This document shows positions 16,675 through 25,422 of a stretch of DNA of 32,902 nucleotides, piece after piece. This stretch comes from a virus (lineage: Duplodnaviria > Caudoviricetes). Each line of letters opens with the position of its first letter. Position 1 is the stretch's first letter. A program made the translations under genes and the position numbers. The notes under the pieces are model-generated. The model was not told where the DNA came from. It was given only the letters and a program-made list of their open reading frames with translations, and did not search any database. The DNA lies in the IMG/VR virus record IMGVR_UViG_3300032261_000046, positions 1 to 32,902 of that record. One strand, 5' to 3'.

Positions 16675-17136
16675 TCAGCCTTTCAGGAACAGACCCAGGC
16701 CGACGTCGGCGATCTCGCCGGCGAAGGCTTCGAGGTCGAGGATCGCGGACTCAACGGACTCTTGGAGATCGCACAGCTCGGCGGCGGTCGTGCTGTCGCC
16801 GCTTGATTCGGCGGTGACATACGCCGCCTGGTACGCCGCCAGGAGCGTGGTGAAGAGGTCCTGCGCCGTTTGCAGGATCGCCTCGGGCGGTTGCTTCGGA
16901 TCCACGACCCAGCCCATGAGCTGGATGACGAACGATCCGCCGAGCTCGAAGGTGCGATCCGTCAGGTAGCGACGCCGGTCGCGTGACTTCTTGACCTGCT
17001 TGTCGAACCACTTCGTCAGGCCCTTGTACTTGCGGGCCTGGAAGACGTGTTCAAATGCGTGGGAAACCTCGAAGACGGTGATCTCGCATTGAGCCACGGC
17101 GTTCAGGGAGTCGATGACTGAGGGATCGCCTTGCAT
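16675..17136 (-). CDS. Bacterioferritin-fold protein with degenerate ferroxidase centre
   Basis: Near-ungapped manual alignment to E. coli Bfr (M.GD..VI..LN.....E18; R61...L.G; GD; I..LE; GL...L). Confidence 0.8.
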   Translation of the reverse strand: MQGDPSVIDSLNAVAQCEITVFEVSHAFEHVFQARKYKGLTKWFDKQVKKSRDRRRYLTDRTFELGGSFVIQLMGWVVDPKQPPEAILQTAQDLFTTLLAAYQAAYVTAESSGDSTTAAELCDLQESVESAILDLEAFAGEIADVGLGLFLKG

Positions 17137-17149
17137 GGGGGCCTCTTGG

Positions 17150-17221
17150 AATACGGGAGGGGATGGCGGGAGAGCAACATAGCGCCTAGGAGCCGGGCCT
17201 CCAGGCCATCCCTCCCGTATT
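17150..17221 (-). promoter_or_regulatory. Long stem-loop between capsid and ferritin-like genes
   Basis: 17150-17167 pairs with 17205-17221 (17 bp, one bulge); no U-tract. Confidence 0.65.
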
Positions 17222-17226
17222 GGCTC

Positions 17227-18585
17227 TTACTGGGTGATCAGGTCGTTGTTGATGCAGAACGACGCGGCGTGCCGGACCTCGAAGTCGAGGTCCTGGAGAA
17301 CGACGATCCGGATGGTGCCGGCGGGGCCTCCAGTGTATGGATCCACCAAAACGTCCATGCCCGACCAGAAGGCGAGGATCGCCTCGGACCAGTTGGCGAG
17401 GATCATCGACGAGAGGCTCGTGCCGGTGCCCTTCGTGAGGTTCGATGGCATGAGGTTCGTCGCGTAGGCGGGGTAACCGTTGACGGTGTTGTCGTCGCCC
17501 CAGAGCGCGACCGGGAAGTACGAGGTCTGCCCGGACATCTGCTTCGGGGTCAGCTTGAGGGTCGCCCGCGCTTGCGGGGTCATCACCATCCCGATGTTGG
17601 CGTTCAGCGGCACGTTGGCCTTGGCGAGGGCCTCTTCCATCTGGCAGATCAACGTCCAGGTGGGGGCGTCGCCGTTGGTGCCCGAGCCGATGTTGCCGAC
17701 GCCGGCCGTGCCGAGGATGCCCTGGGGCTGCGGGGAGCCGGTGCCTGCGTAGACGGCGGTCTCGATGCCGCGCGCCAGGATCGCCGCGAGGTCCTCGCGG
17801 ACGAACTGCTCGGCGTCGATCGAGAGCTGCTCCAGGAACCGACGGCTCATGTCGGTGAACGCGCCGGCCGTCTTGGGAGTGAACAGGACCTGGTCGATCG
17901 TCTGGGCCGTCGTCGAGACTGCGGCGGACTCAGCGACCCAGCTCAGGGTGCCGATGCCCGACTGCCTGGGCAACGCGAAGTTGCCATGCATGTCGGTCAG
18001 GACCTTGGGGCCGAGCTGGTTGAGGACCATGAGCGCCCGGAGGTACTCGATCCAGGTGGTGTCCCACCGGGTGAGGACCGCGCCGGTGCCGGCCGTGGTG
18101 TCGTCGATACGATGCTCGACCTGCTTCGCGTGGATGCCCCGGACCCGATCGCCATTGGCGAGGCGGGTGGGATCCTCGTTGAAGGACATCGGCATTCGCT
18201 GCGGCACGAAGAACCCCTGGGGATTCTTGCCGACGCGCTTGGCGATCTCCTGCGAGGTCTCGCCCTCGAGGCCGTCGAGCTTCTCGCGGCCAGCCACCTT
18301 GAGGATGGCCCGGCTCACGCTGTACTTGTGCTTGCCGTTCGCCACCTCGTGGGGGAGGGGTTCGGAGATGCGGCGGTAGTCAGCCTCGGTGGCGCGCTCG
18401 CCGGCCTCGAACCGCTCGATCGAGCTGATCGACTTCGACAGCTCGGTGGTGCGGCTGAAGATTTCGTCGGAGCGCTTCTGCTCCTCGGCCGTGAATGGGC
18501 GCTTCTCTTTGCCGACTTTCTCCGCCAGCTCACGCTGTTCGTCGATGAGCTTGGCGTGCTCTGCTCTAAGTTCGCAGGCTTTCAT
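17227..18585 (-). CDS. Major capsid protein, HK97 fold, with N-terminal coiled-coil scaffold segment
   Basis: WVAE, PK..GA....SR..L, G.G...P.GI, NGYP...TN..P, VDPYT, D..VRH..SF; follows the protease. Confidence 0.95.
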   Translation of the reverse strand: MKACELRAEHAKLIDEQRELAEKVGKEKRPFTAEEQKRSDEIFSRTTELSKSISSIERFEAGERATEADYRRISEPLPHEVANGKHKYSVSRAILKVAGREKLDGLEGETSQEIAKRVGKNPQGFFVPQRMPMSFNEDPTRLANGDRVRGIHAKQVEHRIDDTTAGTGAVLTRWDTTWIEYLRALMVLNQLGPKVLTDMHGNFALPRQSGIGTLSWVAESAAVSTTAQTIDQVLFTPKTAGAFTDMSRRFLEQLSIDAEQFVREDLAAILARGIETAVYAGTGSPQPQGILGTAGVGNIGSGTNGDAPTWTLICQMEEALAKANVPLNANIGMVMTPQARATLKLTPKQMSGQTSYFPVALWGDDNTVNGYPAYATNLMPSNLTKGTGTSLSSMILANWSEAILAFWSGMDVLVDPYTGGPAGTIRIVVLQDLDFEVRHAASFCINNDLITQ

Positions 18586-18624
18586 GGGGACCTTTCGGAA
18601 GTGATGGGTCAGGTGGGCCTGGAG

Positions 18625-19332
18625 TCAGGGCAAGACAGACGCCTGCTCTACTCGCAGTCGGAAGTGAAGATGTGAGACGGGATCGAACTGATGGACGGGA
18701 TCGGGAGCTGGGGCCGGAGCTGCGGCGCTCCGGGCCTGGTCGAGGCTGCGGAGCGCGGCGGAGGTGTCGGTGTACGCCGGGAACACCACCGGGCCTACGT
18801 CGTACAGGTCGCGGACCTTGAGGAGCGTGCGGATCGGGACCGCGCCCGAGTTATCCCAGGAGTCGGCGTCGGCGACGAACGAGAACGACATGCCGTCCAT
18901 GTCGCCACGGCGGATGTCCTCGGCGGTGTCGCGGCCGACCTGGGTGTCGGGCAGGTCGATCTCGACGCGGAGCCCCAGGAGATCCGTGCTCATCCGGAGC
19001 GTGCCCGACTTGGACCGACCGATCAGCTTGTTGGCGTCGTGGTTCACGAGCGCCCGCACGTCCTGGGAGAGGACGGCGTTGAAGGCGTCGGGGGCGATCT
19101 GCTCGTAGAAGCCGCCCAAGTCCTGCGAAAACTTGCCGAAGACGGCCGCGTACCCGACGACGGTTCCCGGTCCCTTGCCGCCCTTCGCGGCGCGGAGCTG
19201 GAGGCCAGCCATCAGGCAGCGACGCTCTTCGTTCTCGGAGGTCGCCCGGACCGTGGGTGCGGGAGCTGGTACCGGCGAGGGCGCGCGCTTGGGGGCCGCC
19301 CTGCCGAACGTGCGGGAGGGGACGAGAGGCAT
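18625..19332 (-). CDS. Prohead maturation protease (HK97 gp4 family)
   Basis: GYAAVF, E.IAP.AF, L.NHD, GMSFSF, DVGPV.FPAY.DT. Confidence 0.95.
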   Translation of the reverse strand: MPLVPSRTFGRAAPKRAPSPVPAPAPTVRATSENEERRCLMAGLQLRAAKGGKGPGTVVGYAAVFGKFSQDLGGFYEQIAPDAFNAVLSQDVRALVNHDANKLIGRSKSGTLRMSTDLLGLRVEIDLPDTQVGRDTAEDIRRGDMDGMSFSFVADADSWDNSGAVPIRTLLKVRDLYDVGPVVFPAYTDTSAALRSLDQARSAAAPAPAPDPVHQFDPVSHLHFRLRVEQASVLP

Positions 19333-19359
19333 TTCAGAACCGCTTTCGCTGGACGTGGA

Positions 19360-20742
19360 TTAGGGAGATGAAGGCTCGGATGTGGGCTGGGACTCTTTGA
19401 GCTTGGGAGGTGCTTTACCGGAGGCGGAGAGGGGCAGGTAATCTTTCTTTTGCCGCTCAGGCGAGGCGTCAGTGTCCGGAGCTGGCGGCGATCGCGGTGA
19501 CGGAGGTGGGTCGGTGGGATCCTGGCCAGCTTTTTTAAGCGAGGTGTATTGCGACTGGACGAGATAGAGGTCGCCGCCCTTATCGGTGCCGAGGGGGTTC
19601 ATCCCTTCGCTCACGCGGATGTCATCGGCGCTCATCGCGCCCATGTTCCTCATCACCTGGTAGTAGGAAGTGCGGGCGGCGGTGTTCGCTCGGTTGAGGC
19701 GGGCGAAGCTGTGATGCCAGAAGATGCCCTTGTCGCGCTCGGACTGGAAGAGGAGCTTCTCGTCGGACTCGCTCTCCCAGGCCAGGGACCAGCCCAGGAG
19801 CGTGGTATCGGTGTAGTCCCGATTGGACTCCTCGACGTTCGCCAGATGGCTCTGCGAGTAGTCGCCGATCTTGTGCGGAGGCAACCGGAAGATCGCCGCC
19901 ATCTCCACCCGCTGGAAGGACCGGGTCGCGAGGAACTGGGCGTCGTCCAAGGGCATGGTGGTCGCGTTCCAGTCCATGCCCTCCTCGAGGATCATCAGGT
20001 GGTGGGCGCTCTTGGCTCCCTGATGCACCTGGTAGATCGATTCGCGGAGGTTCTGGCGGGCGGTGGGCGAGAGCTTGCGAGGGGTCTTCAGGACCCCGCC
20101 CGGCTGGGCGTGGTTCCCGAAGAAGGACGCGCCGAACTCGGTCGCCGCCATGCCCAGGCCCACGTCCTGGCGGGCCATGTGGATCACGCTGTAGCCGACC
20201 AGGCCGTCGAAGCCCAGGCCTGCGATATGCAGCATGTTCTCCGGCAGGATCCGCTTCTGGGTGTCCGAGAGCAGGTAGTAGAGCCGGCCGGTCCAGTCGT
20301 CGCGCCTGGGCTGCACCAGGGCGGGGTTGAGCGGGTACAGACTGATGGGCTGGCCACGGCCATTGCGGACGATCTCGGCGTAGCCGTTACCCCAGAGCAA
20401 GACATGGCCCATGAGGGCCTGGCGGAAGCGGAAGGCGTTCTGCTCTTCGTTGGGAGCCTCGTTCAAGAGGCGGTTGGCGCAGACGTCGAGCGCAGGCTGG
20501 CGGGACTCGAGGCCGGTGCGGCGGAAGGTCGAGTAAGGCAGCGAGGCGATGTCGGTGGCGATCACGTTCACCGCGGCGAAGACCGAGGTGAAGTTGAGCG
20601 CCGTCTGAGGCGTGACCAGCGTCCCGCTGAGGACGGGGCTACTGACCAGGAAGCCGGCGTTGGTGACCGCCTGGCCCTGGCGCGCACGCTGGGCGGTGCC
20701 CCTGGGAAATCGTTTCGAGAGGGTCGTGTCGAACCGCTTCAT
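19360..20742 (-). CDS. Portal protein (HK97 family)
   Basis: LLWGNGYA, GFDGL.G.S, F.N.A.PGG.L, ILEEGM, DAQFL..R. Confidence 0.96.
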   Translation of the reverse strand: MKRFDTTLSKRFPRGTAQRARQGQAVTNAGFLVSSPVLSGTLVTPQTALNFTSVFAAVNVIATDIASLPYSTFRRTGLESRQPALDVCANRLLNEAPNEEQNAFRFRQALMGHVLLWGNGYAEIVRNGRGQPISLYPLNPALVQPRRDDWTGRLYYLLSDTQKRILPENMLHIAGLGFDGLVGYSVIHMARQDVGLGMAATEFGASFFGNHAQPGGVLKTPRKLSPTARQNLRESIYQVHQGAKSAHHLMILEEGMDWNATTMPLDDAQFLATRSFQRVEMAAIFRLPPHKIGDYSQSHLANVEESNRDYTDTTLLGWSLAWESESDEKLLFQSERDKGIFWHHSFARLNRANTAARTSYYQVMRNMGAMSADDIRVSEGMNPLGTDKGGDLYLVQSQYTSLKKAGQDPTDPPPSPRSPPAPDTDASPERQKKDYLPLSASGKAPPKLKESQPTSEPSSP

Positions 20743-20919
20743 TTATTTCTTGGGGCTGGTGCCGCCCTTGGTCCAGCCGCCCGTAAGAGGCTGGTTCCAG
20801 CCCCCGGAGCCGACGCCGGCGACGAGGTTGCCCCCGGAGCTGTAGCCGGCTGGCGGAGTGCTCGAGCTGGGTGCCTTGGGCGTGGTAGGTGCGGGCGTGC
20901 CGGTGATCTTGTCTGACAT
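20743..20919 (-). CDS. Small Pro/Gly-rich peptide (58 aa)
   Basis: MSDKITGTPAPTTPKAPSSSTPPAGYSSGGNLVAGVGSGGWNQPLTGGWTKGGTSPKK; fills the terL-portal gap and its TAA abuts the portal ATG. Confidence 0.7.
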   Translation of the reverse strand: MSDKITGTPAPTTPKAPSSSTPPAGYSSGGNLVAGVGSGGWNQPLTGGWTKGGTSPKK

Positions 20920-20929
20920 GGTTGGACCC

Positions 20930-22528
20930 TTACAGGAACAGAAGGCCGCGTTCTTCGTAGACCGAGGTCTCGGTGATTTCAGAGGTGGCTGCGGCGATGG
21001 CGTTGACGAGCGCGGCCATGCCGTCGATCTTCTTGGAGGACTTCTTCTTCGATAGCTTCAGGTTGCCGGCCGCGTCCTGCTCGGCCACCGAGTTGGAGGC
21101 ATGCCAGCGGAGGATCGGGTGACCGCCATGCCGCAACTTGCCGCAGAGGATCAGCCGCAACAGCTCCTTCGTCGGAGCGGAGAGAGACAGGAAGCCTTGC
21201 CGCAAGAACTCTACCGGGAGGCCATCCTGCTCTTTGAGTTCAAGCGCCAGCTTCGCTGCGTTATAGGGGTCACAGAAGACCTTGCGGCAGTCGTGCTGCG
21301 ACGCCTGTATCACGACCTCTCGACGGACGAACGAATAATCAACCACGTTCCCTGGAGTGAGTTCGATGAACTCACCGTCTGCCCAGGTGCGGTAGGGGAC
21401 CTGGTGACGCTTCTCAAGGTCGGCGATGTTTTCCTCCGGGAGCCAGAACCGGGGCACTACATCGAAGCCGCTCTCGGGATCCCCGCTGATCGTGACCGCG
21501 GCGGTGAGGTCGTCGATCGATGAGAGGTCGAGGCCGATCCAGATCGGGTCGCCTTTCACCAGGGTCGCGTGGGCGTTGCAGGCGTCCCACTGGCCGATGG
21601 CGATGAACGCCTGGTCGCCGCGGATGACGATGTTGAGTCGCAACCGCAGAAAGTTCGCCCAGTCGGTGGGCGTGTTCTTCGCCTTCTGTAAATCCTTGCG
21701 GAAGTCGTCCTCGTTGAGCGTGACACCGAGGGAGGGGTTAGCCTTTCGCCAGGTGTCGGGTGATTCGAGCTCGTCGTCAGGCAGGGCCCGGTAGACCACG
21801 CCGAGGTGGCTGACGTCCGGGATGACGCCGGCGTTGACCTTCTCGCTGTACTCCCTTTGCTCGAACCAGGGGCCGCTCTCTTCCTCGCCGGCCGTCGTGA
21901 TCACGATCCGCAGCGGCTGCTCTCGACTCGCGCCGGCGTACTCGAAGACCTCCCAGAGGTCTCTGCTCTTGAACCGGTGCAGCTCGTCGAAGATGGAGGC
22001 GGAAGCGTTGACGCCGTCCTTGCTGGGGGCGTCGGCCGAGTTCTTCTGGATCTTGCCGTAGCCGATGGGGTCGATGATCCGACCCTTGCTGCGCGTCACC
22101 TCGAGCCGGCTCTTCAGCTCGGGGGACTTGTCGACCATCCTCGCCGCTTCCTCGAAGACCAGGTCGGCCTGGGCCCGATCAACGGCGTTGAGGTAGACCT
22201 CGGGAGCGCCCTCGCCGTCGGCGAGCAGGAAGAAGAGGCAGAGCGCTGAGACCAGCGTGCTCTTGCCGTTCTTTTTGGCGACCTCGAGGTAGGTGGTCTT
22301 GAACCGGCGCTTGCCGTCCCTGGTACGCCAGCCGAAGAGGCGCATGAGGTAGTCGCGCTGCCAGTCGAGGAGCTTCAGAGGCTGCCCGGCCCAGCGGCCC
22401 TTGCTCTGACAGCAGAACGCCTCGATGAAGTCGCAGACAAGCGAGCCGTATTCCTCGTCGAAGTAGCAGCCCTGCGATAGGGCGAGCTGGTCCGACTGAT
22501 TCCGGATCCAGAGCGAATCGACGGACAT
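20930..22528 (-). CDS. terL: Terminase large subunit
   Basis: L..WQ, KKNGKST Walker A, IFDELH Walker B, ITTAG, GLDLS..DLTA, KIDG..A. Confidence 0.97.
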   Translation of the reverse strand: MSVDSLWIRNQSDQLALSQGCYFDEEYGSLVCDFIEAFCCQSKGRWAGQPLKLLDWQRDYLMRLFGWRTRDGKRRFKTTYLEVAKKNGKSTLVSALCLFFLLADGEGAPEVYLNAVDRAQADLVFEEAARMVDKSPELKSRLEVTRSKGRIIDPIGYGKIQKNSADAPSKDGVNASASIFDELHRFKSRDLWEVFEYAGASREQPLRIVITTAGEEESGPWFEQREYSEKVNAGVIPDVSHLGVVYRALPDDELESPDTWRKANPSLGVTLNEDDFRKDLQKAKNTPTDWANFLRLRLNIVIRGDQAFIAIGQWDACNAHATLVKGDPIWIGLDLSSIDDLTAAVTISGDPESGFDVVPRFWLPEENIADLEKRHQVPYRTWADGEFIELTPGNVVDYSFVRREVVIQASQHDCRKVFCDPYNAAKLALELKEQDGLPVEFLRQGFLSLSAPTKELLRLILCGKLRHGGHPILRWHASNSVAEQDAAGNLKLSKKKSSKKIDGMAALVNAIAAATSEITETSVYEERGLLFL

Positions 22529-22529
22529 G

Positions 22530-23636
22530 TCAGGTGGTGATCATGTCCAGGGCGGTGACGAACGACGCCGTGCGGCGGAACTGGACGTCGGCCTCCTGGT
22601 AGGCGGAGACCTGGTAGTAGCCACTGGTGGCGAGCGTGTACGGGTTGACGAGGAGATCGACGGCGGAGAACAGGTTCACGAACAGGTCGTCCCAGTTGCC
22701 GAAGATCAGCGCCGATAACGTGGCTCCCGAGGTCCCCTTCACCAGATTGTTGGGGACGTTGGTCGTGGCCATCGCCGGATATCCAAGGACCGTGTTGCGG
22801 TCCTTGTCCCAGAGGAACCGGCCTGCGTTGCCGCTGGAGGCATCGACGCGGCGGAGCTTGCTCCGGCCGTTCGGCGTGGTCACCCAGCCCAGGCGTGCCT
22901 CGGCCGGTGCATCTCCGTTGGCATTGGTCAGGACCGCTTCCATGCCGACCAGGTCGGCGTAGGCTGGTGCCCCGCCGTTGGCCGCGTCGGCGGCGAGCGT
23001 GTATCCGGTGAGCGTGGCCGGTGTGCTGGGGATGATCCCCGTGGGGGCGTTGCCGGATCCGTTCAGAGCGGCTGCGTCGATCGCCACGGCGATCGATTTG
23101 GCGAGGTCGTCGTAGACCCACTGGTCGAACCCAGGCGCGCCCAGCTCCTTCATGACCCGGCTGATGCCAGTGTTCGCGAGGCAGGTGTGGGGCACGAACA
23201 CGATGGAGGTGGTCGTCAGGTTCGTGAACGATCCATAGTTCGCGTTCTCAGCGACCCACGCGACGGGCGTCGCTCCGGTCTGAACCGGTATCTGGAGCTT
23301 GCCGCGCTGGGTAGTGAGGCTGGTGATCCGGCCCCCCATCGCCGCGACCACGAGCTTGGCCCGCAGCACGTCGACGAAGCCGTCCGGCCAGGCGATCGGT
23401 AGGCCAGTGACTGACGCGGTCGTGTCGGCCCGCTGCTCGATCACGGGAGCATCGTGCGGCAGGAAGAACCCTTGCGGCGACCGCCCCGAGCGGTGCGCGA
23501 TCTCGGCGGAGACCTCCCCCTCGAGGCCGGTGGGCTTGCGGTCCTGAGATTCGAGCGCCGAGCGGATGGCCCGGATCAGGCTGTAGCGCGCCTTCCCCTT
23601 GTGATGCGGGAGATCGGCGAAGATGTCTTTATCCAT
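22530..23636 (-). CDS. Second HK97-fold capsid protein (paralogue lacking the N-terminal coiled coil)
   Basis: Aligns with 17227-18585 along its length: YS..RAI, GLEGE.S.EIA.R.G..PQGFF.P, WVAE, GYPA.AT..P.NL.KGT, V.PYT. Confidence 0.9.
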   Translation of the reverse strand: MDKDIFADLPHHKGKARYSLIRAIRSALESQDRKPTGLEGEVSAEIAHRSGRSPQGFFLPHDAPVIEQRADTTASVTGLPIAWPDGFVDVLRAKLVVAAMGGRITSLTTQRGKLQIPVQTGATPVAWVAENANYGSFTNLTTTSIVFVPHTCLANTGISRVMKELGAPGFDQWVYDDLAKSIAVAIDAAALNGSGNAPTGIIPSTPATLTGYTLAADAANGGAPAYADLVGMEAVLTNANGDAPAEARLGWVTTPNGRSKLRRVDASSGNAGRFLWDKDRNTVLGYPAMATTNVPNNLVKGTSGATLSALIFGNWDDLFVNLFSAVDLLVNPYTLATSGYYQVSAYQEADVQFRRTASFVTALDMITT

Positions 23637-23638
23637 GT

Positions 23639-24028
23639 TCAGGCTTTCCGCTTGGAGAGGAACTCAGCGAGCGCGTCTTTCTTGGGCTCTGCCGTGGTCT
23701 TCAGACGTGATCGGGAGGAGGGGGTGAGGCCGAACTCGACGAGCAGCTTGCGGTACAGCTCTCTCGCCTTCCAGTTCTCCGGGTCGTGGCGGATCCAGAG
23801 ATAGCAATCGCAGAGGAGGGCAAGCGCGGGCCTGTCGCCCTCGGTGAGCAGCCCTGCCTTTGCCAGCATCGGAGCCAGCTCGGCCCAGTGCTCGCGTGCC
23901 GTCTGGTTGAGCCACTTCGGAGGGTCGAGATTAGCCGCGGGAATCACTGGCTCGTCGCGGTTGATCCGGCAGGCCTGCGTGCCGTCGAGGAGCTTGAGCG
24001 CGGTGGGTTTTGGCTTGCGTCCACGCAT
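23639..24028 (-). CDS. terS: Terminase small subunit (P27 family)
   Basis: MRGRKPKPTALK.L.G, PP.WL, EFGLTPSSRSRL. Confidence 0.95.
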   Translation of the reverse strand: MRGRKPKPTALKLLDGTQACRINRDEPVIPAANLDPPKWLNQTAREHWAELAPMLAKAGLLTEGDRPALALLCDCYLWIRHDPENWKARELYRKLLVEFGLTPSSRSRLKTTAEPKKDALAEFLSKRKA

Positions 24029-24059
24029 GTCGATTCGTTAGCAGCTCCTCGCGGAGCTC

Positions 24060-24140
24060 CAATTTTGCACAAAAAAGCGCGCGACTTGGCCTGCGGTCTG
24101 GAAGAAGTCGACTTTCGCGGAAATCATCCCCCCCAAGGGC
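24060..24140 (-). other. Candidate cos region
   Basis: Intergenic between HNH and terS, with a G7 run followed by GACCG; this is the usual cos position in HNH-terminase phages; cut site not determined. Confidence 0.4.
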
Positions 24141-24170
24141 TTTCGAAGGGGCATTCGCGGAGGCATTCGC

Positions 24171-24500
24171 TTACGTGTTCTCTGACTCACCAGAGCGTGC
24201 GGCATGCAGTCTGCTGTGACAGCTCGAGCAGAGACTCTGCAAGTTGTCGAGGTCGAGGGCCAGGCCGGGATCGTCGCGCCTCTCGATGACGTGATGCACA
24301 TGAGTGGCTGGCACCAGCCTCTCATGGCATTGGCATATCTGGCAGAGTGGATCTATCCTCAGCTTCATGCGCCTTAGCTTGACCCAGGCAGCGGAAGCAT
24401 AGAACCGCTTGGCCTCGGAATCCCTGACATAGCGGTCGTATGCCTGGTGCCTATTGGTCTGCGGGACTGCTGGCCGGTAGGTCGGGATCTTGCGGGGCAA
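24171..24500 (-). CDS. Terminase-associated HNH endonuclease (HK97 gp74-like)
   Basis: FY.S..W..LR, PLC..C, VHH, NLQSLC..CH...H. Confidence 0.93.
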   Translation of the reverse strand: MPRKIPTYRPAVPQTNRHQAYDRYVRDSEAKRFYASAAWVKLRRMKLRIDPLCQICQCHERLVPATHVHHVIERRDDPGLALDLDNLQSLCSSCHSRLHAARSGESENT

Positions 24501-24657
24501 TGTGGTGCTTGAGGGCTGCTCGCCAGACCCGACAGCCGAGCTGGATGAGCCAAAGGCCGATCCAGTAGCGGGGGTCTAAGCGGATATCCACTTCGAGGGT
24601 GATCTCGAACTCACTGTCCTTCATGATGTCCGAGGCTTTGATGGGTCGTGCTTTCAT
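24451..24657 (-). CDS. Hypothetical protein (68 aa)
   Basis: TGATG coupling with upstream gene; short hydrophobic stretch. Confidence 0.55.
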   Translation of the reverse strand: MKARPIKASDIMKDSEFEITLEVDIRLDPRYWIGLWLIQLGCRVWRAALKHHIAPQDPDLPASSPADQ

Positions 24658-24860
24658 CAGTCGAGGCTGTTGTGAGCTGCTTCGAGGCGGTTCAGCCTGG
24701 CCAGCAGGTGGTTTCGCTCGTGCTTCACCGAGCAGAGTTCCCGGTAGTAATTGTCGGCGAGGGTCTCGAACCGCCTGGCGATAGACTTGAGTTCGGCGAC
24801 CTGGGCCTTGAGTGATTCCAGGGTGCGGTCGATGCCAGCCTTGATCTCGGACTCGCTCAT
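24657..24860 (-). CDS. Small coiled-coil protein
   Basis: Heptad pattern; ATGA overlap. Confidence 0.7.
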   Translation of the reverse strand: MSESEIKAGIDRTLESLKAQVAELKSIARRFETLADNYYRELCSVKHERNHLLARLNRLEAAHNSLD

Positions 24861-25186
24861 GATCCCTCACTGTGCGGGTGTGCGAGGTCCTTCGCCGGCA
24901 TGACGTGGGCCTGGGCGGAGGCCTGGAGTTCCCGGAGCTTGGCCTCGGCCTGGGCGTCTTCGATGCGGCGCAGGCGCAGGGCCTCGGCGTCGAGGCGTGC
25001 CTGCTCTCGGATCGTTGCCCTGTAGGCTGCGTAGCATGCGATCCCGGTCACGACCAGGTTGCCGATGAAGCTGATCGCGTTCGCCCAGTTCACCTGGCCG
25101 AGCAGGCGGAAGAAGCTCTCGCCGGTGAGTCCGCTCGAGACGCCGGAGGCATACAGGATAGGGTTGTGTGTCATGACCGTTATCAC
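24857..25186 (-). CDS. Membrane protein with one TM helix plus coiled coil (holin-like candidate)
   Basis: AISFIGNLVVTGIACYAAY then a charged helix. Confidence 0.6.
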   Translation of the reverse strand: MITVMTHNPILYASGVSSGLTGESFFRLLGQVNWANAISFIGNLVVTGIACYAAYRATIREQARLDAEALRLRRIEDAQAEAKLRELQASAQAHVMPAKDLAHPHSEGS

Positions 25187-25422
25187 AGAGGTGGGAACGT
25201 CGGGAACTGCGAGAGCGCGGCAATGAGGTCCTGAATCGCCGCGAGTGCGACCTTGGCTCGTTGCAACGCATCGGCGATGATGAATGAGTCTGGCGGGATG
25301 ACGCCGTACGGGAGGTCTGCTGCTTCGACGGCGGGTTCGGCGGAGGCCCGCGGGGCTGCCTTGGCTGACGTTTCAGGAACTCTGGCCGTCGGCCGGGTTG
25401 GGCGGTGGGAGCTGCAGGGCAA
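25183..25422 (-). CDS. Hypothetical ORF, possibly a frameshifted continuation of 25373-25600
   Basis: Protein-like C-terminal helix; stop overlaps next start (GTGA); weak TTG start. Confidence 0.45.
   Translation of the reverse strand: MPCSSHRPTRPTARVPETSAKAAPRASAEPAVEAADLPYGVIPPDSFIIADALQRAKVALAAIQDLIAALSQFPTFPPL

Noticed and set aside
17131-20916. Long plus-strand ORFs (514 aa, 455 aa; also 12742-14157, 15460-16575 and minus-strand 31314-32672)
   Set aside because: Antisense shadows of GC3-biased genes with no recognisable motifs
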